DNA of 64,000 nt from Gemmatimonadota bacterium (GTDB taxonomy: Bacteria > Gemmatimonadota > Gemmatimonadetes > Palauibacterales > Palauibacteraceae). Each line of letters begins with the position of its first letter. The first letter of the stretch is position 1. A program made the position numbers and the translations under genes. Location: the NCBI GenBank assembly GCA_963666735.1, contig OY762926.1, positions 3,904,001 to 3,968,000 on the forward strand, given 5' to 3'. Positions 9,813 through 19,847 of the stretch are shown in pieces. The notes beneath the pieces are model-generated. The model did not search any database. It was given only the letters and a program-made list of their open reading frames with translations, and was not told the DNA's origin.

Positions 9813-11029
9813 TGCGGACCGTCCGAAGGTTCCGGGGCAGGGTCCGGGGAACGTGCCCGGGATGGGGCCGGGCCGGGTTCGTGCTCGCCGCGCTGGCGGC
9901 CTCGCCCGTTGCCCTCTCCGCCCAGACGCCGCTCACGGCGGTCGGCCTCGGCTATCCCGTCGCGCCCGTGGATGGCCGGTCGGCGGCGCTCGGTGGATCG
10001 GGCTCCGGCCTGCTCGGCGGATCATACAGCCTCACGAATCCGGCCGACCTGCTCCTTCACTCCGAACCCGGCTTCTCGGTCTCGCTGGCCAGCGAGGGTG
10101 TGACGCTGGAGGGCGAGAGCGCGTCGCTCGACACGGGGCGCGGGCGTTTCACGACGATCCGGGCGCTCGTTCCCTACAACGACTGGGCCTTCAGCCTGGC
10201 CTTCGGCGGCGAGTTCGACCAGGACTGGTCCAACATCCTGCAGGACACGCTGCGGCTGAACGATGGTTCGGTTCCCTTCGAGGAGACGCGCGAGCACAAC
10301 GGCGGGATCAGCACGATCGATGCGTCGCTGGCGCGTCGCCTCGGGCCGCTGGGCATCGGGGTCTCGGCGCAGCGGCTGACCGGCTCGCTGCGGCAGTCGT
10401 TCTTCCGTCAGTTCGGCGATCCGATCGGAGGGGCGCCCACGCTCGGCGGCATCGCGGGGGCGAGGGAGCTGTCGTGGCGAGCCTGGCGCTTCAGGGCGGG
10501 TGGATCGATCCGGCTGGGGGACCGCATCGTGGCGGGCGCCGCTCTCGGGACGGGAGGGACGCTGTACGCGACCCCCGAAGGGGCGGACGAGCCCGAGGCG
10601 GAGTTCGACCTGCCGACCTCGATCCAGCTCGGCGGCAGCGTGCGTGTGACGGACCAGATCCTCTTCACCGCTGGCGGCGGCCGGGCCGGGTGGTCGGCCG
10701 TGGGGTCGCGCGACGCGGTGGCCGGCTCCGCGTTCCAATCCCACGACATCGCATGGCTGGGCGGAGGGATCGAATACGGCGCGCTCTCCCTGCTCGGCGG
10801 AAGGCTGCCGCTTCGGGCCGGCTGGCGGAGGACGGGACTCCCGTTCAGCCGGGGTGCGGAAGCGCTCGACGAGTCCGCCTTCACCGGCGGTTTCGGCTGG
10901 GAGTTCCAGGATGGACTGGCAGTATTCGACCTCGCCTTCGAGAGGGGATCGCGCGGCGACGTCGCGGCGGCCGGCTTCGCGGAGAGCTTCCGGCGCGTCA
11001 CGTTCTCCTTCTCCCTCCGCCAGCGCTGA
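9809..11029 (+). CDS. Outer-membrane beta-barrel protein (FadL/OmpP1-like, uncertain)
   Basis: Signal peptide, 'GRSAALGG...NPA' N-terminal motif of FadL/PorV-like barrels, alternating beta-strands, C-terminal 'VTFSFSL'. Confidence 0.6.
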   Translation: MMRTVRRFRGRVRGTCPGWGRAGFVLAALAASPVALSAQTPLTAVGLGYPVAPVDGRSAALGGSGSGLLGGSYSLTNPADLLLHSEPGFSVSLASEGVTLEGESASLDTGRGRFTTIRALVPYNDWAFSLAFGGEFDQDWSNILQDTLRLNDGSVPFEETREHNGGISTIDASLARRLGPLGIGVSAQRLTGSLRQSFFRQFGDPIGGAPTLGGIAGARELSWRAWRFRAGGSIRLGDRIVAGAALGTGGTLYATPEGADEPEAEFDLPTSIQLGGSVRVTDQILFTAGGGRAGWSAVGSRDAVAGSAFQSHDIAWLGGGIEYGALSLLGGRLPLRAGWRRTGLPFSRGAEALDESAFTGGFGWEFQDGLAVFDLAFERGSRGDVAAAGFAESFRRVTFSFSLRQR

Positions 11030-11036
11030 GCCACCC

Positions 11037-12416
11037 GTGGAGACGCCGAAGCTCGTCACCCTGAAGACGCCCGGCGCGGATCGCCCCCGCGGCCCCCGCC
11101 CGCTCGGGGGCCGGGTCTACATCGAGACCTACGGGTGTCAGATGAACATCAACGACACCGAGTTGATGGAGGGGCTGCTCGTCGACGAGGGCTTCGTGAG
11201 CGTGGATGCACCCGAGCGCGCCGATGTGATCCTCGTGAACACCTGCGCGATTCGCGAGCACGCGGAACGGCGCGTTCGGGGCCGGATCGGCGAGTTGCAG
11301 CGCCACCGCAAGCGGCATTCCGGACTCGTGCTCGGGGTGACGGGCTGCATGGCGCAGCGGCTGGGCCCGAGGCTCATCGAGGAGGCGGCGGGCGTGGATC
11401 TGGTGGCCGGACCGGATGCGTACCGCGCCCTCCCGGAACTCATCGGTTCGATTCGGGCGAACGCGATCGAGCGCGGACAGACGCTGCTTGGACTCGACGC
11501 GGAGGAGAACTACGAGGGCGTGGACAGCGTGAGGCGGGAAGGCGTAAGCGCCTGGATCACCGTCCAGCGCGGCTGCGACCACCGCTGCACCTTCTGCATC
11601 GTGCCCTACGTGAGGGGACCCGAGAAGAACCGGACGCCCGAGGCGGTCCTCGCCGAGACCCGGCGCGCCGTGGAGGAGGGGTTCACCGAAGTCGTTCTCC
11701 TCGGACAGACCGTGAATTCGTACGAGTCCGGAGACTGGAACTTCGCGACGCTGCTGCGGGCCGTGAGCCGCGCGGACGGCATCCGCCGCGTGCGTTTCAC
11801 CTCGCCCCATCCCAACGATGTGACGCCGGAACTGCTCGAGGTGATGGCGGGCGAGCCGACGGTCTGCCGCCAGCTCCACCTGCCGGTGCAGTCGGGCTCC
11901 GACCGCGTGCTCAAGCGCATGGTCCGGCGCTACACGAGCGGGGGGTTTCTCGACAAGGTCGAGGCCGTCCGCCGCGAGGTTCCCGGCATCGCGCTCTCCA
12001 CGGATGTGATCGTCGGCTTTCCGGGGGAGAGGGAGGCGGATTTCGAGGCCACGCTGGAGCTGATGCGGGACGTGCGCTTCGACGATGCCTATCTGTACAA
12101 GTACTCGCTGCGCGAAGGGACACCGGCTACGCGCTTCCCGGCTGCGGATTTCGTGCCGCACGAAGTGGGTTCGCAGCGGCTGGAACGCCTGATCGGCGAA
12201 CACCGCGCGATTCAGCGCGAGATCAACGAGTCCGAGGTGGGTTCGCGGCGCGAGGTCCTGATCGAGCGCTCGGCGCGCTCGCCGGGCGATGTGCTCGGCC
12301 GGACGGAGCAGAACAAGGTCGTCGCTTTCCCCGGAGACCCCTGCCGGATCGGCACGTACGCGCAGGTGCGCCTCACGGGGACGACGGGCGCGACCTTCAT
12401 GGGACGGCCCTTCTGA
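11037..12416 (+). CDS. miaB: tRNA-2-methylthio-N6-dimethylallyladenosine synthase MiaB
   Basis: 'TYGCQMN', 'NTCAIRE', radical-SAM 'CDHRCTFC', 'HLPVQSGS', 'IVGFPGE', C-terminal TRAM domain. Confidence 0.95.
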   Translation: METPKLVTLKTPGADRPRGPRPLGGRVYIETYGCQMNINDTELMEGLLVDEGFVSVDAPERADVILVNTCAIREHAERRVRGRIGELQRHRKRHSGLVLGVTGCMAQRLGPRLIEEAAGVDLVAGPDAYRALPELIGSIRANAIERGQTLLGLDAEENYEGVDSVRREGVSAWITVQRGCDHRCTFCIVPYVRGPEKNRTPEAVLAETRRAVEEGFTEVVLLGQTVNSYESGDWNFATLLRAVSRADGIRRVRFTSPHPNDVTPELLEVMAGEPTVCRQLHLPVQSGSDRVLKRMVRRYTSGGFLDKVEAVRREVPGIALSTDVIVGFPGEREADFEATLELMRDVRFDDAYLYKYSLREGTPATRFPAADFVPHEVGSQRLERLIGEHRAIQREINESEVGSRREVLIERSARSPGDVLGRTEQNKVVAFPGDPCRIGTYAQVRLTGTTGATFMGRPF

Positions 12417-12769
12417 TGCGCTTCGTGATGCGGCTGCTCGCCTTCGTTGTCGTCATCCTCGCCGCGTTCTGGTTTACCGCGAGGAACGCGGGCGAACTCG
12501 TGAACGTCGTGTTGCCTTTCCTTCGCATTCGCGCGTCGCTCCCGCTCGTCGTCTTCGCCTGCATCCTCGGGGGGATGGGCCTCTCGGGCCTGCTCGCCTG
12601 GCGGGCCGAGCGCCGGACCCGGCGCCTGGCGGACCGGGCCGCGTCGGCGCGTCTCGCGCATGAGGCGCCCGCCTCCATGGAGTTCGCGATGGCGGCGGAG
12701 CCCCCGACGGCGGAGCCCCCGGCCCCGCCCGAGCCCCCGGAACGGTCGGAGCCGAGTCCGCTCCTCTGA
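12416..12769 (+). CDS. LapA-family small membrane protein
   Basis: ATG overlapping the miaB stop; two TM helices with 'FTARN...V.V' pattern followed by a charged, Pro-rich tail. Confidence 0.65.
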   Translation: MRFVMRLLAFVVVILAAFWFTARNAGELVNVVLPFLRIRASLPLVVFACILGGMGLSGLLAWRAERRTRRLADRAASARLAHEAPASMEFAMAAEPPTAEPPAPPEPPERSEPSPLL

Positions 12770-12780
12770 CGCTCCGTTGG

Positions 12781-12813
12781 CGGACGGTTGACGGACGGTT
12801 GACGGACGGTTGA
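12781..12813. repeat. 11-bp tandem repeat (CGGACGGTTGA)x3
   Basis: Three exact copies in the lapA-comEC spacer. Confidence 0.9.
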
Positions 12814-12917
12814 TGGTCTCTCCGAGCGTAGAGGTGAACTCTGCGCCCGGAGGCTGATCGACGTCCCACTCCCTCTCGCCCCTGCTCCTGACGGCCCTGG
12901 CGCTCGCCGCCGGGGAT

Positions 12918-15290
12918 GTGGCCGGGCTCGCGCTCGCCCGAGCCGACGCCGTCGCTTTCCATGCTCCCGCGGCGCTCGCGGCGGGGCTCCTTTGCGTCAT
13001 CGTCGGCCGGGCCGTGCTGCGGGCCGCCCGCCGGGCCCGCCCCGGCCGAGCCGGCGGCATTTCACCGCACGCGACGGTGGGTTTCTCGGTCGTGCTTGCC
13101 GCCCTCGCCGGGTTGCTGGCGGGTCTGCCGAGCGGCACGGCGGCGCTGGGGGCCTGCGTCGCCACGTTGGAGGCGGGCGCGCCGGTCGCGGTGGTCGGCA
13201 CGCTCGCGGACGCGGCGCCGGAACGGCGGGCGGACCGGGATGCCGGCCCGGTCCGGGTGTCGATCCGCGACGTCCACATCGTCTCGGGCGGGCGGATCTG
13301 CCGCCTGGGCGCGGTGCGCGCCTTCCTGCGGCCCGGAGCGGCGCACGAGGCGGGCACGGCGGTGCTCGCCCGGGGCACATGGCGCACGGCGGGCGGGACG
13401 AACCCCGAAGCGGCCCGACCCCGGCTGCCCCGTCCGCCCGCGACGATGGGCTGGATCGGTGGCGCGACGCTGGAGCCGCTGGATGTGCCGGCGAACGCCG
13501 TGGGCCCGCGCGGTCTCCGCCGCTGGATCATCGAGTGGCGCGCCGGGCTGCTCGCCCGGCTCGACGCCCGGCTCGCCCCGGAGCACCGGGCGATCGGCAA
13601 GGCTCTGCTGCTCGCCGACCGCAGCACCCTCGACCCTGTGACGAGAGAGGCGTTCGTCGGGGCCGGGATCATCCACCTGCTCGCGATCTCCGGGCTCCAC
13701 GTCGGCCTGATCGGGGCTTCGCTCTCCTGGCTCATCGGCCTTCGCGTGCGCGGTCCGCGCCGGCTGCTCTACGCCGCCGCCTGTACGAGTGCGTACGTAT
13801 GCCTCATCGGCGCGCCTCCCTCGGCGGTGCGAGCGGCGCTGATGTTCTGGGGCTGGGCGCTCGCCTTCCGCCGGGCGCGCCCTGCGCGCATCAGCGATCT
13901 CGCGGCGCTCGCGGCGACGCTCGCCATTCTGGCCGACCCGCTCATCGTGACCGATCCGGGGTTCCAGCTCTCCTTCGCCGGTTTCACGGGCGTCGTGTTC
14001 GGGGGCCGCGTGCCGCTGCCGCGTTGGCTCTCCGCCCGGCGCCTGCGGGGCATCGGGCGGGCACTCGCCGTGAGTTGCGGCGCCTTCCTCGTCACGGCGC
14101 CCATCGCGGCCTTCCATTTCGACCGCATCGTCATCGCCTCGATCCCGGCCAGCGTGGTGGCGGGCGCGGTGGTGGGTCTCGCGCTTCCCGCCCTCGCGCT
14201 CACGCTGGTCCTGCCGTGGGGTCTCTGGGTGCTGTTCGCCGGCGCCGCGGACGTCGCGCTCGGCTGCCTCGCGGCGATCGCGTCCTTCTTCGCGGGGCTC
14301 CCGCTGAGCTGGGCGGGTCCCGGCCTCGGCCCCCGCGCGTGGGCGGTCGCGGCCGCGCTCGTCGCCCTCGCGCTCGACCGTACGCGCGCCCGGCGCGGCC
14401 TCGGCGTCCTCTCGGTCGGGGCCGTGCTGGCACTCACGGTCGCCTGGCCCCTCGTCAGGGCCGGCCTCGAGCGGGGCACGGCGCTCGTCTGCACCCTCGC
14501 CGTGGGGCAGGGGGACGCCGCCGTGGTGCGGACCGGCGCCGGCCGATGGCTCGTCTTCGACGCGGGCCCGGGCTCGGCCTTCCGGACGGCCGGCACGGCA
14601 TCCGGCCCGCCGATGGCCGACGCGGGAGGCCGCGTCGTCGTGCCCTTCCTGCGCCGCATGGGCGCCCGGACCGTGGAGCTGTTCGCCATCTCCCATCCTC
14701 ACCTCGACCACTACGGCGGCGCGGCCGCGGTGTTCGAGGCCCTGCGGGTCCGCCGTGTGCTCGATCCCGGCGTCCCGGAGCCCAGTTCCTCCTACCTCGC
14801 CTTCCTCGAACGGCTTCAGATGGAGGGCGCCACCTGGCATGCGCCCCGCGCGGGAGACCGTCTCCGCATCGACGATGTCGAACTCGAGATCCTCTGGCCG
14901 GAGGGCCCGGCGGGCTCGGATGCGAACGAAGGCTCCCTCTCCTTCCGTCTCACGGTCGGCGGCTTCCGCTACGTGAACACGGGCGACGCCGGCGTCGAGG
15001 TGGAGCGCGAGATCCTGGAGCACCTTGCGCCGCTCCGTCCGGAGACGGATCTCCTCAAGCTCGGCCACCACGGCAGCCGGACTTCGAGTTCCGTCGAATG
15101 GCTGAGAGCGACGCAACCGGAAATCGCTGTGATCTCGGCGGGGACACGGAACCGGTACGGGCACCCGCACGCCGTGACGCTGGCGCGGCTCGACTCCGCC
15201 CGGGTACCGCGCGTGTGGCGGACGGATCTCCAAGGCTCCCTGTGCGTAGAGGTCGACGCACGCGGATGGAGGATCGCGGACGCGCCTTGA
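12918..15290 (+). CDS. comEC: DNA internalization competence protein ComEC/Rec2
   Basis: 'HLLAISGLHVG', 'SAVRA', 'GFQLSF'; C-terminal metallo-beta-lactamase domain ('GQGDA', 'SHPHLDHYGG', 'GHHGS', 'NRYGHPH'). The true start may be at 12861. Confidence 0.92.
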   Translation: MAGLALARADAVAFHAPAALAAGLLCVIVGRAVLRAARRARPGRAGGISPHATVGFSVVLAALAGLLAGLPSGTAALGACVATLEAGAPVAVVGTLADAAPERRADRDAGPVRVSIRDVHIVSGGRICRLGAVRAFLRPGAAHEAGTAVLARGTWRTAGGTNPEAARPRLPRPPATMGWIGGATLEPLDVPANAVGPRGLRRWIIEWRAGLLARLDARLAPEHRAIGKALLLADRSTLDPVTREAFVGAGIIHLLAISGLHVGLIGASLSWLIGLRVRGPRRLLYAAACTSAYVCLIGAPPSAVRAALMFWGWALAFRRARPARISDLAALAATLAILADPLIVTDPGFQLSFAGFTGVVFGGRVPLPRWLSARRLRGIGRALAVSCGAFLVTAPIAAFHFDRIVIASIPASVVAGAVVGLALPALALTLVLPWGLWVLFAGAADVALGCLAAIASFFAGLPLSWAGPGLGPRAWAVAAALVALALDRTRARRGLGVLSVGAVLALTVAWPLVRAGLERGTALVCTLAVGQGDAAVVRTGAGRWLVFDAGPGSAFRTAGTASGPPMADAGGRVVVPFLRRMGARTVELFAISHPHLDHYGGAAAVFEALRVRRVLDPGVPEPSSSYLAFLERLQMEGATWHAPRAGDRLRIDDVELEILWPEGPAGSDANEGSLSFRLTVGGFRYVNTGDAGVEVEREILEHLAPLRPETDLLKLGHHGSRTSSSVEWLRATQPEIAVISAGTRNRYGHPHAVTLARLDSARVPRVWRTDLQGSLCVEVDARGWRIADAP

Positions 15291-15316
15291 CGCGAAAAAC
15301 CGCCCCTCCGTAACCT
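15287..15316 (+). promoter_or_regulatory. Putative sigma70 promoter of fbp
   Basis: TTGACG-N18-TAACCT about 35 nt upstream of the fbp start. Confidence 0.45.
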
Positions 15317-15351
15317 CTCAGCCCACCTTCCCCGAGCTCCGCGGAGCCACC

Positions 15352-16353
15352 TTGACCGGATCCATCGTCACCGTCGAGCACTTCATCGCCGAGCAGGAGC
15401 GCGAATATCCCCAGGCCACGGGCGCGCTGACAGACATCCTGCTCCAGATCAGCCTCGCCGCGAAGGTCATCTCCACGGCCGTGAACCGCGCGGGCCTCAT
15501 CGACATCCTCGGCGTGAGCGGGAGCACGAACGTGCATGGCGAGGAAGTGCAGAAGCTGGACGACTACGCGAACGATGTCCTCGTGAGCCTGCTGGCGCGC
15601 TGTGGCAGCCTCAGCGGCATGGTGTCCGAGGAAGAGGAGGGATTTGTCCGCGTCCCCGAATCACGCGACCCCGGACCGTACATCATCGCCTTCGACCCGC
15701 TCGACGGAAGTTCGAACATCGACGTGAACATCTCCGTGGGAACGATCTTCTCCGTCTACCGGAAGCGGAGCGAGGGGCGCAAGGTGCGGAGACGCGACCT
15801 GCTTCAGCCGGGATCCGAACAGGTCGCCGCAGGCTACGTCCTGTACGGCTCCTCCACCATGCTCGTGTTCACGACCGGGGCGGGAGTACACGGCTTCACG
15901 CTCCACCCGGAGATCGGGGAGTTCCTCCTCTCGTACCGGAACCTGCGCATTCCCTCGCCCGGCAAGAACATCTACAGCATCAACGAAGCCTACTTCGACA
16001 AGTGGACGCCGGGTCAGCAGCGGCTCGTGGAGCGGTTCCGCCAGCCTCCCCGCGACGCGCCGTCGTTTTCCGCGCGCTACGTCGGGTCCATGGTCGCGGA
16101 CTTCCACCGCACCCTCCTCCGCGGGGGGATCTTCATGTACCCGGGAACCGTCACCAAGCCGGAGGGGAAGCTGCGCCTGCTGTACGAGGTGGCTCCCATG
16201 GCCATGATCTGCGAGCACGCGGGCGGCCGGGCCACCGATGGTCGGCGGCGCATCCTCGACATCGAACCCGAGGGGCTTCATCACCGCGTGCCGACCTTCC
16301 TGGGCGCCCCCGGCCTCGTGGAGATGGCGGGGCGTTACTTGGCCGAGGACTGA
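15352..16353 (+). CDS. fbp: Class 1 fructose-1,6-bisphosphatase
   Basis: 'GEEVQKLD', 'SEEE', 'FDPLDGSSNID', 'RYVGSMVADFHR', 'GKLRLLYE'. Confidence 0.95.
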   Translation: MTGSIVTVEHFIAEQEREYPQATGALTDILLQISLAAKVISTAVNRAGLIDILGVSGSTNVHGEEVQKLDDYANDVLVSLLARCGSLSGMVSEEEEGFVRVPESRDPGPYIIAFDPLDGSSNIDVNISVGTIFSVYRKRSEGRKVRRRDLLQPGSEQVAAGYVLYGSSTMLVFTTGAGVHGFTLHPEIGEFLLSYRNLRIPSPGKNIYSINEAYFDKWTPGQQRLVERFRQPPRDAPSFSARYVGSMVADFHRTLLRGGIFMYPGTVTKPEGKLRLLYEVAPMAMICEHAGGRATDGRRRILDIEPEGLHHRVPTFLGAPGLVEMAGRYLAED

Positions 16354-16413
16354 CCCCGACGGGAACCCCGGCCCGCCAACCGACCGGGCCGGATGCAAGC
16401 GACGGAGCCGGAT

Positions 16414-16450
16414 GCACGAAAGGGGGCCCGAAGGCCCCCCTCTTTCGTGC
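16414..16450. terminator. Probable bidirectional intrinsic terminator
   Basis: GCACGAAAGGGGGCC-CGAA-GGCCCCCCTCTTTCGTGC hairpin between the convergent fbp and TonB receptor genes. Confidence 0.7.
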
Positions 16451-16502
16451 TCGCCGCGGGAGTCGCCGCTGCCGCAGCTTCCTGCCGCAGCTTCCTACCA
16501 CA

Positions 16503-19500
16503 TCAGAACGAGATCCGCGCCCCGAGCTGAAGCGCCCAGCGCGACAGAATGTTGTCGATCGAGTACACGTCCTCGATGTCGAGCACGCCGTTTTCGTCGA
16601 GGTCGCGCGGCGAGAAACGGACGACCGGCACACCCGTCTCCGAGTCGTAGCGCCGGAAGGACAGGATCGTGGAGGTTCCGAACTGCGTGTAACGCTGCCG
16701 GCCCCACTCGGAGTTCAGGAAGTTTCCGACGTTGATGAAGTCGAGCGTGACCTGGATGTTTCGGCTCCCCGGCCCGGGAAGCGGCACATCTTGCGCGATC
16801 CGCAGGTCGAGGCTGCGCACCCAGGGTTCGCGCGAAGAGTTCCGGCCCACGATCCCGCCGCGGTACTCGTCCAGCCCCGGGATGTCGCTTACGAACGCAT
16901 CCCACGCGGCGAAGTCCATGCAGCCGCGGCAGTCCGTCTCGAAGATCGCGTCATCGGCATCGCCCGGCACGAAGGCCAGGTCGTTGAAGCGCCGCCCGTC
17001 GTTGTTCGCGTCCCCGAAGTAGGTCCAGCTGAAGGGCCGGCCCGCGCGGGCCTCGTAGAACGCCGTGATCGTCGTTCCGACGTTCTCGCTCCACTCGATG
17101 CGCTGCGAGAGCGAAGCGATGATCCGGTGCTTGATCTCGAAGTCCGCCGTTCCCTCGCCGGGGTTGTTCGGGTCGACGCCGATCTCGTTGTACTGGAAGT
17201 TCGAGATCGCGCGGCTGGACTGGCCGCTGTTCACGTCCGTGGCGTCCGTCCACGTGTAGGCGAGACTTCCGAACATGTTCGGAAGGAAGTCGCCGCCGAA
17301 GCGCTTCTGCAACTGCGTCGTGAACTGGATCTGGCGCCCCTGGTTCGTGTTGTCGAGCAGGAAGACGCCGGGCGAGAACTCCCGGTCCACGGGGTCGTCG
17401 GCGAAGAGCACGCGACCATCGCTCGTCCTACCCTCCGGCCGGATGCTGAGATCCTGGTAGAGGATGTCGTTGACGTTCTTCGTGTAGATCCCCTCGACCG
17501 TGAACACGACGCCGTCGCGCAACTCGCGGTCGATCCCGATCGTGGTCCGCCAGGCCTGCGGGAACTTGAAGTCCGTGTCCGTGAGGTCGACTTCCGTCGT
17601 CGCGATCTCGGCGCCGGGTACCGGCACGGGGGTGGGGTCGCCCGTGAACGGCGGCGGGGTGCAGCCCCGCCATGTGGCGCAGTCGATGCGGATGAAGTCC
17701 ATCCCCGTGTTCGAGTACTGGTTCGAGAGCCACACGAAGGGGTTGCGGCCCGTGAAGATGCCGGTTCCGCCCCGGAGCTGCGTCCGTCGGTCCTCGTCCA
17801 GCGCGGCGTTGAACCCGAGCCGCGGCGACCACATGACGTTGCCGCTCGGCACGTCGCTCGTATGCCGTCCGAAGGCGGCGTAGAAGTTCGGGTTCTCGAG
17901 CGGCGCATCGGGCATCGCCATGATGTCCGCGCGCAGCCCCAGCGTGATGTTCAAGCGGTCGCTCAGGTCGATCTGGTCCTGGCCGTAGAGGCCGAACTGC
18001 ATCGCGGACCACGCCGCCCGCGGGAACGGATCCGAGAGCCGTGAGATGGACGCCCGGTACCGGGTCGCCATCCCGTTGCGGAAGTTATCGAGCGCGTTCT
18101 CGCCGTCGAACTCCCACTGCCCGAACGCGTCCTGGATGAAGAGGTTCGAGAACGAGTAGAACTCGTTGTGCGTCCCGAAGGTGAACGTGTGGTCGCCCCG
18201 GAAGAGCGTGAGGTCGTTGGTGATCTCGAACACGTCCTGGTCCAGCGCGTTCTGCTGCGAGAAGCGCTCGATCCCCATGGTCACGCTCTCGCTCTCGCCA
18301 TCGTAGGGCTCGATGTCGACCTCCGGGAAGATCGCAAAGTCGGGGGTCCGCGCGTCGCGCTGACGCTGGTACGAGAGGCGGAACATGTTGGCGGTGGAGG
18401 CGCCCAGCCGGCTGTCGAGCTGGATCACCGTGGAATTGGACACGGCGTCGAACGAATACCCCTGGCCGGGCAGTCCGATCTCGCCCGAGTGCCGGCTGAT
18501 CCCCCGCTGCGAATTGGCGTTCACATGGTTGTGCCGCACGATGAGGTGGTTGCTGTCCGAGAGGTTGAAGTCCAGGCGTGCGAAGAACTTGAGGTCGTCC
18601 GTCTCGCGCTGGAGACTCTCCTCGAAGCCTCCCGGGTTGTAGTTGTAGGCGGAGTTCGCGATATCGATGATGTCGTTGATCGTCCCCAGGTCGACATCGA
18701 TCGTGTTTGTCTGGCTGCTGCCGAGGAGCCCGAGCGCCAGCGGGCGGCTCGACTGCTTGATCTCGCCGCTCGTGAAGAAGTGGATCTTGTCGCGCTGGAT
18801 CGGCCCGCCCGCGCGGAATCCGGCCTGCAGTTCGCTGAAGTCGGTCAGCGGGTTGTCGTCAAGGTTGCCCGTGAAGCCCTGGTTCCGTCCGAAGGCGTAG
18901 CCCGAGGCGTCGAAGTCGTTCGTTCCCGAGCGCGTGACGACGTTGATCGAGCCGCCGGTGAAGCCGCCCTGCCGCACGTCGAAGGGCGCGATCGCGACCT
19001 GGAACTCCTGGACCGCGTCAAGCGAGATCGGCTGCGAGTTGGCCTGGCCGCCGGGGGTGCCGCTGGCCGGGAGGCCGAACACGTCGTTCAGGATCGCGCC
19101 ATCGACGGAGATGTTGTTGAAGCGGTTGTTCTTCCCGCCGATGCTGATCCCGCCGATGTTCTCGCTGCTCCCGATGTTCGTGCCCAGCGCCTGAGGCGTG
19201 AGCCGCGCGAAGTCCTGAATGCTGCGGGCAATCGTCGGAAGGTTCTCGATCTCGCGCGTGGTCACGGTCTGCTGCGGCCCCGTGCGTCCGCTGGAGAGGA
19301 TCGCGCCCCGTTCCGCCGTGACGGTGATTTCGCCCACTTCCACGGCCTCGACGCCGAGCACGAAGTCGATGCGCCGGTTCTCTCCCAGCGCGAGGACGAG
19401 GGCGTCGGCCGACTCGTCTCCGAAACCGATGAGCGAAACGGCGATCGCGTAGGGTCCGCCGACCCGCATGCCCGGGATGTTGAAGCGGCCGTCCACGCGG

Positions 19501-19706
19501 GTGAGCGTCGAATACGACGTCCCGCTGGGGCCGTGCACCGCGGTGACCACGGCGCTGGCGAGCGGCGCGAGATCCTGCCCGGTCACGCGCCCGTTGACGG
19601 CGGCGGTCGTGACGCCCTGGGCGAGCGCCCCGCACGGCGCGAAGAGGCCGCCGAGCGCCGCAAGGGCGGCGAACGCCGCGGCTCGTGGGGAGAGGTTGTA
19701 TTTCAT
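16503..19706 (-). CDS. TonB-dependent receptor (Oar-like, N-terminal carboxypeptidase-regulatory-like domain)
   Basis: AGGAG RBS, signal peptide, 'GRFNIPGMRVGGPY', plug 'PFDVRQGGFTGGSINVVTRSGTN', 'SPRLGFN', C-terminal 'QLGARISF'. Confidence 0.9.
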   Translation of the reverse strand: MKYNLSPRAAAFAALAALGGLFAPCGALAQGVTTAAVNGRVTGQDLAPLASAVVTAVHGPSGTSYSTLTRVDGRFNIPGMRVGGPYAIAVSLIGFGDESADALVLALGENRRIDFVLGVEAVEVGEITVTAERGAILSSGRTGPQQTVTTREIENLPTIARSIQDFARLTPQALGTNIGSSENIGGISIGGKNNRFNNISVDGAILNDVFGLPASGTPGGQANSQPISLDAVQEFQVAIAPFDVRQGGFTGGSINVVTRSGTNDFDASGYAFGRNQGFTGNLDDNPLTDFSELQAGFRAGGPIQRDKIHFFTSGEIKQSSRPLALGLLGSSQTNTIDVDLGTINDIIDIANSAYNYNPGGFEESLQRETDDLKFFARLDFNLSDSNHLIVRHNHVNANSQRGISRHSGEIGLPGQGYSFDAVSNSTVIQLDSRLGASTANMFRLSYQRQRDARTPDFAIFPEVDIEPYDGESESVTMGIERFSQQNALDQDVFEITNDLTLFRGDHTFTFGTHNEFYSFSNLFIQDAFGQWEFDGENALDNFRNGMATRYRASISRLSDPFPRAAWSAMQFGLYGQDQIDLSDRLNITLGLRADIMAMPDAPLENPNFYAAFGRHTSDVPSGNVMWSPRLGFNAALDEDRRTQLRGGTGIFTGRNPFVWLSNQYSNTGMDFIRIDCATWRGCTPPPFTGDPTPVPVPGAEIATTEVDLTDTDFKFPQAWRTTIGIDRELRDGVVFTVEGIYTKNVNDILYQDLSIRPEGRTSDGRVLFADDPVDREFSPGVFLLDNTNQGRQIQFTTQLQKRFGGDFLPNMFGSLAYTWTDATDVNSGQSSRAISNFQYNEIGVDPNNPGEGTADFEIKHRIIASLSQRIEWSENVGTTITAFYEARAGRPFSWTYFGDANNDGRRFNDLAFVPGDADDAIFETDCRGCMDFAAWDAFVSDIPGLDEYRGGIVGRNSSREPWVRSLDLRIAQDVPLPGPGSRNIQVTLDFINVGNFLNSEWGRQRYTQFGTSTILSFRRYDSETGVPVVRFSPRDLDENGVLDIEDVYSIDNILSRWALQLGARISF

Positions 19707-19847
19707 GGCATGCTCCTGCTTGAAAGAGGACGAATCCGGGCTCGGTGCGCCCGGGATCAAGCTACCTAAAACCACGCGCAACATCGCGTTCGAATGTAAC
19801 GACGGCCGGCGGTTTGCGTAACGGGTGCAGAGCGCCGAACGGGCACG

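Noticed and set aside
12834..12860. In-frame TGA upstream of comEC as a second selenocysteine codon
   Set aside because: No redox motif or Cys-equivalent position, and no convincing hairpin after it.
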